From Phoronis australis (taxonomy: Eukaryota > Animalia > Phoronida): a stretch of 64,000 nucleotides of DNA. Below are positions 50,101 to 60,400 of the stretch, in pieces; position 1 is the stretch's first letter, and each line of letters opens with the position of its first letter. The stretch covers positions 410,504 to 474,503 of the forward strand of contig NMRA01000302.1 in assembly GCA_002633005.1 (NCBI GenBank), read 5' to 3'. A program made the position numbers and the translations under genes. The notes beneath the pieces are model-generated. The model had not been told where the DNA came from. It did no database searches and was given only the letters and a program-made list of their open reading frames with translations.

Positions 50101-53100
50101 TACAGGCTGTGAGATACGTGCGCTTGGACTATCACGGGGTTATATTGGTGAGTCAAGCTCACGAGGAAGGAATTTTCTTTTTTCCCGTATTTACAATGTC
50201 TACCAGCATTGGTTTTAGGCTTTACCAAAATGTCTCACATTAAGGTTGCTCAGGATCCTCGAAAAATTCAAAATTTGTACAACTTTGGAACACCATAATT
50301 CAGATATTGTCTTTCTTTTTTCTGAAAATAGATTCTTTTATGGAGTTACTTTCTACAAATTTAAAGATATTTGTCTAAATGCACACCTTTTTCAATAAAA
50401 TCCTACCTAATGTCAGATAGTGTCGCTTGTATAATTGTGCGGATGAGTGATGTCACAATACAACAATTCTACGCATAAATTAGAACAAATTGTTGTCACA
50501 GTTACTAATAGTGTTGAGTGTACTTTTAATTAAAAGACGAATGTAAACCAATGCTTGAAATGACCCTGCTTTATTTCAGACCAACCCGATCATGGAATGG
50601 TTTTCAAAGGTTTCCAGCTCAGCTGTTGTAGACTTGGGACAGGAAGAGTTGTACCACTTCTCCATGGTAAAATTGCAGCGTGTTTTTTGTTGTAGGGCGA
50701 ACTATTGGTTCTCTCGGTTTGCCAACTTTGCCATTACGTCTGCTTCTAAAGCGATAGAGATTAAGTTTTAGCTCTTTCCAAAATAAACTGTGAGCTGTGT
50801 TGACTGTGTGATGCTAGTGTCAACAATTTATTTTTGAGGACAGCTGTCAAGCTTTAGAAATGCACCTTGTTCACTGTTCAGAAGATGAATTTTCAAAGTG
50901 AAACAATATTCAAGGTCTTTGGTTCAGTGAAAATCAAATAAACGTAAACAAATCTGTTGTTATTGTGATAATCATTTGTTTATTATCATGTTGCATCAGT
51001 CAGATTTTACTGTCTGAAGCTGATGGCGCTAGTTGTGTAAGCTTAGTTGTTTTTTAGTCTAGTGGCAAAATCTCATTTCGACCAATCACAGTCCACTCAC
51101 AACTTACAGGTCTTTGAAGAGGAAAGTATCTGATTTGCTGCATTTTTTGCCTTAATTTGTATTTCCCTGGTATGTAACTATTTACTATTCATTCAACAAG
51201 TGATGTAAAGTGCCAAGCAAAATGCCCACACATTGGTTCTGCACTCATGCCACTGAGCAAACACAATGTCCGACTCACTGTTGAATGCAGTTTGTGCCGG
51301 TTGTTCGTGTTTGCTGAATGGCTGTGAACGCAGACTGACCAAGATGCGAGCATTTTGGTGGGCCATACACTCTTTCTATTATTGCATAGGTGGTAAGTCC
51401 ACACCAGGGCAACAGTAGCTTTGCAGAAAATTTTCTCTCCAAGATCACAGGGATCTTTATTTTTAATTAAGGAAACATAAAAAATGGTTACTTTTCCCTT
51501 TAATTAGCTATCGTTCCTTGTAACTAAAAAGATTCTTGAATCATGAATCTAATATGAAATGTGGAAATAACTAACTGTATACTTATCCTTTTGTCCTGTA
51601 GTTTACATCCGTGATATGGTCAAGGATGAGCACAGTCTAGTCTTTCTCATTTCTGGTCTGCAGGCTGAAGATGTTTACCTACTAGGTCAGCTGACCCCAA
51701 AGTCATCCAATTATCTTCCCCGAATGTCATCGAGCATTGGAACCAAGTATTTTTACCCTTACGAGTGTTTCCGATTGGTCTGTGAGCGCTTATTCGGTCA
51801 AGCGGGATGTTATACTCAGTACAGTGCCGACATCCCAGTGTCAGAGTTTGACGACCCTGAAGTAGAGATGATTGTCTCTAAGGTATTGAAGTATGGCTTC
51901 TTTCTTAATGTGAGAAAGTTAGTATGTAGTGGATGTAGGCTTTGATGGTATCGATGAAAAGGTCATCTACAGTATGCAGTGATCCTGGTTGGAGGATTGT
52001 ATTAGTAGACTGTATGTGGTTTGTTTTTCTTGAGAGTTGGACATATTACGTGGAAATGTTTGCGATGAAAATTGCGTACCCAAAATAGCTTTATGACGCA
52101 GTTGAATGTTTTCTCTTGGAATATGGGAGAGAAGACAGTTAGCGCTGTAAAACCAGTTTAGTCCGGTCGCAATGGGTTTGTATCTAAACACCACGCTCCC
52201 TGGTGGAACACGGAGAGATATCCCAGACCACATCACAGTGAGTTTGTATCCAAAAACTATGCCCCCTGGTGGAGTATGGTGAGACATTCCAAACCTCTTT
52301 GTTAACTATCAACTTTCAACTTTAGAGATCAGAAATGTTACACATTACAGCTTACTAATGTGAGCTGAATTTTGGGCACCATTCAATGAGAATGTTATTT
52401 TATCAAGTCTGCAAATTTTCCAGTTGTGTAATTGGTTTGCCATTTTTTACTTTTTCCCGGAGCTCTGTTTTTAAGCACTTTTAAGCTCCTGTTGTTTTAC
52501 GGTTGCAGATTGAGCTGTTCAGAAAGGACGGTCTTGAGGTGACCCTTGCCAAGCTGGGTAACACTTTGATTGACACTTTGGAGGATGAATCAAATTCTGG
52601 CATTCATAGGCTACACAAGCCTCACAGGTAATTCACCGCATTTGCATTGAGTGGCACTGTTAAATATTGAAAAACAAAAACCCCTTCCCTTTTTGTTTGT
52701 TTGGTTTGTTACAGTAAAAAGAACAATTATATCGACATGTGCAATTTTAATGGTAAGAGTGTATCCTCACAGATAAGCCGTCACAAAATTGCAGGATTTC
52801 TATTATTTTTGTGGTCGCCTCATCGGCAGTGAAAGCTTTCTCCAAAATATTGTAAGGCAGCAACTATTTTTGAACCATCCTTCATATTGGCTCTACAGTT
52901 TTGATAAAATCTGAAACATGTAAGTTTTGACCCGATGCCTTTCAACTTTGTCAAATTAGGCGTAGTGGTCCATATTTCACATGTTAGGAGATTAAAGGAC
53001 TACAGATTCAGTTTGGAGCCAAAAATCTTACCTGCTGTTGAGTTAAGTGTGCACTATTTTCATCGTATCACATGGTTTGCTTCTGTTACAGTGAACACCT

Positions 53101-56100
53101 AGTTCCAAAAAAAGTTGGCATTTTGTGCCCCAAAGCATATCATTAAGCAGTACTGCTATCATATTGCAATATTTTGTCATATTTTGTAAATATTTTGTGA
53201 TATTTCTTTGTTACTGTTTACTGCAGCTGCAGTAAATTGTTCTTTGTTCTTCTAACTTAGTCGTTTGCTTCTAGGTACAACTTGAAGTTTGGGCAGAAAT
53301 GCGAAGACAACCATGCGTTTTGTACCGATGTAATAGCAGCCTTTACTAGAGACCATGGTCGTCTGCCTGTCACGCACATGACCTCAGAGGCATTCCATGC
53401 CAGGAGCAGGTGACAACCATTGATTGACGTCCTAGTTTACTTGTCTGGCAGCAAAAGTTTGGGAAGAGTGAAATTTACTACTACATCATTACTGAGTCTT
53501 ATTCTGCGAGTGAAAAACTTCAATTCATAATATAGACTAGGGCCCAGTTGCATAAAAGTTATACGCCGTATAGCAACAATGACGTTGCATAATCACGCGT
53601 CACGTTGTTATTGTTGAACAATGCACATGACGTCATGCAACAATCAAACTTATCCAGTGTATAACTTTTGAATTTTTATGCAACTCAGTCTGGGTGTGTT
53701 ATTTAAAAGAATACTAAATCATACAGATACTTACCACGGGAGTTACTATTTCTTTCAAATAATAACCATATTTTGTAATCCAGTTCGACTCTCAAATGCT
53801 TGTGTGACTTGCATACTGACCAAGTTAGTAGATGGCTGTGTGGTTAGACCGCACAGGGAAACACGTGATCCATGAAGTGATACAATGAGAAGCAGCTGAA
53901 TGTTGGTTTTGTTTCACTAAAAGTATCGTACCTTTACAAATTTTTTGCACATAGTCTTAACGGAAACTTGACGTAAGTCTTCATTTAGACTTTATGTAAA
54001 AAAAGTTTTTGAGGTTCTGACATTTTTGTAAAACAGGCCGCAGGGTTTTGGTACTGTTTAATCATTGTATTTTTTATTTCAGTTTTGTTTTTGATGAAGA
54101 ATTACCCGTCATGGTGGCATTAGTACACCCAGAAAATATCACGCAAAGTTCTCGCTTTCTCAAGGTATGCGCCTTTGCATAAATAGAATTGTTTTATAAT
54201 CTTAAATATTTAGTGTTTAGCTCTTTTGTGATGTTTGTATGTCAGAGCGAGTCCGGTGGTTCATTTTCGTCATGCTCGGGTTTTTTTTTTGGTACTAGTA
54301 AGATGAGAGGAATAGTTTTTGTGGATTTAGTAGTTAGATATCCAATCCAAAACATTACTTTTAAAATCTTAAAACTTGAACAAATTGAAGAAATTGCAAC
54401 CAAAAACATCTGATGAGAGAATGATTATGATATTGAAGAGTAGTGTGGTTATGTTGTTAATGTGACACTTCTGGCAATGTCCTCAGGTGGGTTTGCATAC
54501 ATTTTGTGGCGAGACTTTACTTCAGTTGATTCTCAAAATGTCGAGATAACGCTGTCATGTTTTTATTAGGCAAAAAATGTAAAAGAGTATCGTGTGAACT
54601 TTCTATTGTTAATGCACACTAAATACACTCCTTGCAGGCAAATTTCGTTGAATAATATATATCCGTTTCACAAGTTCGACACAAAACTTCTCCCAATTTC
54701 TGGGGAATTTCCTTTCGGTTGAAAGCATTTTCAAGGTACGTTCTTACTTTTGGCCTTCACCAGATGCACTGTTTGGTTTCAGTCCCTTGAGAGAGTGGCG
54801 CATCAGCTGTATCAAGACCTGGTGGTGGTCACCGTTGACGTTGACCAGTACCCATCGTGGGCGGGGAGGTTTGTGCCCAGGGATTATCAGAGATCAGTTA
54901 TGATTAGTGGTGAGTACAGAAATAACAGTGTCACCGCTTTAAAAAAATATTGCCGTAATGTAGTTTAGTTTTCTTTGAAAATGTTTTAATGTAGTGATTT
55001 TCATACAGTTGTGGATTTTTTACTGGAGAATTTAACTGTCATTTTTACGTTGGTTCACTGATATGAAGAAACAATGATCTGATTTGTTGCAATACATTTC
55101 TGTGTCATCACTTCAAAGGAAAATGTGCCATAAAGTAGTTTGCTATGAAAACTTTTTATCTTAATGACTGCTGTACAGTTCGGTATTTTTACTGCAAAAT
55201 TTGGCTGTCATTTTCATGTTGGTTTACTGAGAACATTGAAGAAATGAATTTCTGATTTAGGTACAAGTCATATTTTTGTTTCAATGCGAGTTTGAGTTAA
55301 TCATTTTTATAGGATAATGATTCTGCGCGAGTATTGTTCTATCATTTCATATTCAAACTAACCATAGGCAGTCTCACCCATTCTGGACTGAAATAATTGC
55401 TGAAATTGAGCTTTATGGCTTCTAACAGTGCTCTGCTTAAAATTTTTCAAAACAGTGACTATTGGTAGCTGTGTTATAGAACTTGAACATGGCAAACTAT
55501 TATTTATCTTTGTTGCCTTCAAAGAAAAATGAGAAAATTAAAGTTCACTTATCCTCCATTTTGTGTCCGAAATTGATGACATTTTATTGTATATTTTTGT
55601 ACAGTGTTCGCAAGCTGCAACAAGAAAGTCAAAGTTTCAATTTTTATTGTGTATTTAAGTGTAAAAATGATTATGCAAGCAACATTCCTCAGATTAGTGT
55701 TTGTCTGCTTAATCCTTGCTCACATGCAGTGCACACCATATTCGTTCTCGGCCCGATCATTGCGTCTGCTCAGTGAAATACAATGTAAAGTTAAAGGACA
55801 AAAAACAAAAGTACATGCATGATGGGAGAGTTGGGACTGGATACTAGTGACCTCTTGAGGACAAGGAGGCAATTTTGCTTAAAACGCGTCACATTTAATC
55901 ACATGTTCCCTTCTGCCATCTGCTTTGAAAAAGATGTACCTTCTGGTACAGCCAGATGGCAAAAAGTCACTGGTGCCTCATAATCAACCTCATCGTTTCC
56001 TGAAAGTCTCCATTCAGTTACTTACAGGAAAAAAAAGTATCTGAAATTTTACAAGCCATATTTATTGGGCAACTCATATTTTTGCGGGTAATTCCAAAAG

Positions 56101-56344
56101 CATTAGCTTCAATTAATGACCTTTATATGTTTTAGATACAGATGAAACCCCGTCGTTATTCATCTATCCTCGCATAGTCTTCATCAAGTGGAGAGATCAC
56201 CGACATGCCGCCTTCTATCCACCTGTAGAAACACAAGTCACCATCAATAAACCTTTCAAGTTCACCACCACGGAGATAATGATATTTGCACGGAAATTTC
56301 TTGCCAGTCGGAATGATATGATGGTGGAAACCGACCACTTTTAA
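35164..56344 (+). CDS. Signal-peptide-bearing multi-thioredoxin-fold (PDI/TXNDC16-like) protein, 21 exons, about 924 aa
   Basis: Phase-consistent GT-AG exons: 35164-35260, 38705-38815, 39483-39586, 41089-41217, 41939-42073, 42326-42452, 42848-42942, 43278-43464, 44075-44167, 44358-44500, 45270-45416, [45869-46024 or 47851-48006], [47422-47506 or 49271-49355], 49960-50147, 50580-50666, 51664-51882, 52509-52627, 53275-53409, 54083-54164, 54783-54909, 56136-56344 (2775 nt). Hydrophobic N-terminus (FITLNLLLVCFICVL). Trx-fold motifs LTEENFEEEI..LVCFYADY, FSVTTWPTVIV, VIFVISDCGSC, VNCTSDPRLCKENDVTGFPTL. Confidence 0.8.
35363..37853. repeat. About 1.22-kb tandem duplication separated by a single N (36578); each copy contains a ~730-bp TIR element
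   Basis: About 35363-36577 vs 36633-37853 are near-identical. Imperfect TIR AGGCAATTACATCGCCCTGG / CCAGGGGCTACGTGTTGCCT at 35388-36120 and 36665-37396. Confidence 0.85.
39181..39270. repeat. About 22-bp tandem repeat x4 (AGAACTAATATAGTAGACAGAC), possibly the tail of a LINE 3' relic
   Basis: Visible units, following a T-rich tract and cctcctggagagcag. Confidence 0.7.
40514..40765. repeat. 23-bp minisatellite, about 11 copies (CCCCAAACTGGTGTGTTTATTGT)
   Basis: Head-to-tail units in intron 3 of the thioredoxin-fold gene; explains the repetitive ORFs at 40361-40795. Confidence 0.95.
45785..49613. repeat. About 1.9-kb tandem duplication joined by a single N (47765), duplicating two coding exons
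   Basis: 45785-47764 vs 47766-49613 are highly similar, with SNPs and indels. Confidence 0.9.
47057..47246. repeat. 38-bp VNTR, 5 units here and 3 units in the duplicate at 48982-49095
   Basis: Unit GCATCAGGTGGTTGTAGGCCACATAACTCAGGTCCATT. Confidence 0.95.
53540..53690. mobile_element. Small MITE (Harbinger-like TIR)
   Basis: GGCCCAGTTGCATAAAAGTTATAC..GTATAACTTTTGAATTTTTATGCAACTCAGTC. Confidence 0.55.
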
Positions 56345-56936
56345 AGTAAAGGATAGTTACTATGATCAAGGATATTACAGGTTGTTGCTGATTAGTCATT
56401 CCCTAAAGTATTTCAGCAGAGAAAATTGTTCCTGTGATGTCAATTCAAATGTCCGTCCATTTAATCACTTCAGTGTGGTTGATTCTTTGTAGTATAATTT
56501 TGTGGAAATCGGTGAGATTTTTAATGTGCAGTAAAACTCACTTGATATTAAGTCGGAACATGCTAAAGTTGGATTTTCACTTAATTTGGACAAAGTTCGA
56601 GCACCCAGACCTTCAAATGAGTCAGATTATACCTTACCTGGAGATCTTTTGATCCAGTTGCATGCAACATGCGAGTTTTACAGCACTGAAGCATATTTTT
56701 ACTTTGTACTCTGTTAGTGCAGCAGATTGATTGTCTGTTGCACATACTTTTCTACTGCACCATTGTAAGTCATGCTGGCAGTGACTTTACACTTGATCGT
56801 CTTTTGTCAATTTTTGTATTATTTTTATTGCCATTTCAAGTCATCATTCCTCGCAAGATTTTGCATGTAATTTATTGTAAACCAGTTTTTACGGTTGGAC
56901 TATATGTAAATAATAACGATGCCATTATTTCTTACT

Positions 56937-56956
56937 TTTATTACAAAAAGAATAAA
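56937..56956. terminator. Back-to-back polyadenylation signals of the two convergent genes
   Basis: AATAAA on + at 56951-56956 and on - at 56942-56937. Confidence 0.5.
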
Positions 56957-57446
56957 TGTATTTACAACTGCCTTCGCTGTTTCACATGTTGTAATAACTG
57001 AAGGACCTTAAGTAAAAGACGGGATGAGTTCCATAAGTCCAAGACACTAGCCTAAAAGCAAGATCACGCAAAATTACACTCTGTCGTGAGTACAGTCAGG
57101 ATCGTACCCTAACAACATGGCAATCACTCAGTGGAGTCATCGTGTTGAATTACAGAATCAAATGGACTGTTTCACTTCCATAAACGAAGATATCTCACCA
57201 CAAGTGCTTCACTAGTGCGTCTTGGGTCTACAGAACAGAGCTCAGGTTGGGACTGCATGACTGTGTACAAATATATCCAGCAATTGGTCCATCTGCTTCC
57301 GCTTTAAAGTCACAGTGAAACCATGTTAACACAGCCTGTCGACTGCAGAACACAATCTCCATGAGAGTACACAGTTTCTGCTTCATCTTTTTCAGCATAT
57401 TACTCTGTTCTAAGGACAGTGACGAGTGTCTCGAGTGACTCGTCTG

Positions 57447-60400
57447 TTAAGGCAGTCTTTGTTTCATCTTTTTCAGCATATTACTCTGTTCTAAGGCTGC
57501 TCTTCTCTTACGCTGAAAAATAAATAATGAATTCCATAAAACTCAGTTATGGTGAAATTTCAAGTATTAATAATGAATAATTCCTAGTTTCTGCTATATT
57601 TTTCTCCTTTCTACACCCATCGCAAAGCCAGCTAAAGCAGAATATACATGAGGACTTGGAGTCTACACCACGTTTAATTCCTCGGCGGGATCGGCTGAGT
57701 ATCATTCAACATGGGACTAAGGCCCAACCAAAACTCAACCCGGCACTTTCTGAAATCTGTTCAGTGCTTCCTCTTACTACAGTACATGCCACAAGTAATA
57801 AAGAATATCGTTTCCAGTCGTAACAAGCAATTACGTTATGAACCATAATTACAGGGAATTCTAACCACTCTAACGGTGAATTCCACTTGTGCTCAGCTGT
57901 CATGACAGGGAATTCCTCACGTGCACTCAAGTCTTTGTTACGGGGAATTCCTCGCACTCAACCATCACGACCGGGAATTCCTTACTTGCGCTCAGCCGTC
58001 ATGACGCTGAATTACTCGTCATTTTGTACGACTAATTTGGGCACACGGCATATTCGAGGGATACGAAGAGTTTTTAAGCAAAACAAGAAACAAAATTTAC
58101 ATTGGGTGTCCCTGGAGTTCCCACTACATCGATGGTTTCTGAGATTTTCCTCGGTCGATCGTCGCCCGACTCGTCGAGGACAGAAATACTAGTACCACCT
58201 GGCGTCTTGGGCTTTATGTCGAAATCGAGAACCTGGCGGAAACAAAGCATGAAATGAACAGAACATCGATGGATATCAAGCACTAAGAAAATGAACACGA
58301 AACACATCCAATACTCTACATGTGATCATGCCATTGTTTTGAGTGGAAAGACTAATGATAAAATACACACAGGGAATATGTGAACAGTCCAACAGTCTTT
58401 CAACTTCAATGATGAAGAGGTTAATGAGCTCGGAAGTTAGTGTTTTTTTAATTTTCACCTGTAGTAATTTGCTGGGACATTAGGATGCGTTAAATTTATA
58501 CATCTTAATTTATTCTGCTACAATCTTGAGTAACGGACCTTCATATTTACGTCCAAAACATAACTCCAACTACAATAGGCAAATTAACTTGTCAATTTCC
58601 AAGTATTTTACGCGTCATATTCTTGAAAAGTTATGCAGTCTATTGATTATTAAAAATGACGCAAACACAAAAAGGGTAATTGTACCTTTCCTGGTGCTAA
58701 TGTTTCAAAGCGGTGTCGCAGAGTCTGCAGTTCATATTCACAATTGGCCAGGGCTAACTTCAGCTCATACAGTAGAACAATATCCTGCCTGAGCTCATTG
58801 AACTGTTGGACCACATCATCAGTGGGGATTGGATTAAGATCTGCAAGTAAACCACGAGGGCAGAGTCATACCTGTCAATCATAACATAAGTACAAGATTG
58901 GGTGGAGATCTGCGAGTAAATGATGAGGGTGGAGTCACACCTGTCAATCACAACATAATGCTCAGACTGGGTAGAGATGCATGCAAACTACCACAGTTGG
59001 GTCACACTTGTCAATCATAACATAATGATGGGATTGAATGCAGATCTGCAAGCAAACCATGAAGGTGGAGTCAGACTTGTCAATCATAACATGATGATGG
59101 GATTGGGCAGAGATCTGCAAGCAAACCATGAGGGTGGAGTCACATCTACTAATTGTAATGATGACAGCACAGACACTTATTTTAATGACAGGTGCCCATT
59201 AAACTTGCATAAGATGGAAAAAGGGAAAATGTCAAGAAATATTATTATGTTAAAAAAGGATGTTTTTAAGGATGAGTAATTCTCCAAATCAGACTTAAGA
59301 TATCCTCAAAATCTATCGAAAACCATCAGTTGCTGTAATTTCACATTAATTTGTGGAACAAAGATAGTAGTAAGTGTAATGACAAGGTTAGTGGTAACAA
59401 CAAAACACCATTGCCTTACCAATTCCTAATTCTTCCAGAACTTGTTCAATAGCCTTGGTCTTCTTCTGACCAACAGCGGCGGGTAATTTCATTCTATGAC
59501 TTCTCAGCGTGACGCCAGCCTGTTTGAAGTCTGGAAACTTGATGCCTGTAGTGTCAGGAGTGGTCTGCAACATGAACACATCTAGTAATGTTCCACCATT
59601 TTCTGAGCATGTTTCACTTCAGTGATCAATACTTAACACCACTACAAAACAAATTACAAACTAGGGCAAGGTCTGAAGGAGATCAAGCATCTACATTATG
59701 CTGTTCTTCCTTCAAATAAACTTTCAATCATTTTTGGTTTGTTTTTCAAAACTTTTTCATGTGAAACCCAAAGCAAATATGTTTGTTAGCTATGATCATT
59801 TACCTTCCACAACACTACGGCAACACTACACAATGAACTACATCAACAGCCAACGACAGTCCCTGCCTGCACACACCACTACATTCCTTATTATATTCTA
59901 TGACCAATCATGAATCAAAGCAGCTCTGTTCTAACCACTCCTTCACCTCACGCAGTCAGCGCCACCTACCGAGCCACCATGTAGCCGGTGAACAGGGGCC
60001 ACCTTCTTCTTCACTAGCGACCTCTGCAGGCCACCGCGCCGCGCCTCAACACTACTATCTGCAGCTGTGATCAACTTCTGCAGGTCCTGCGTCTTTTTCT
60101 CGCGCTCTCGCTTGCGTAGCTCAATCTTCTTCAGCTCGGCCAATAGGAACTGTTCTTCCTCCACCTCATCTTGAGTACGCTCGAACAACTTGATCAGTTG
60201 TTCCTTGCGCCGTCTCTCGTGGTCTGCGTCAAACATTTTTATCTTGGGCTCAGAACCGCTTGGAGCACGCACCTAATGTTGTGGTGATAATGCCAAAGGT
60301 ATTAATTATAAGAAATCACCAATCAAATATAAATACATGGTCAGTAGACAACAAATAAAACAATAAATCCACAATAGGATGAATGCTGTCAGTCATCTCG

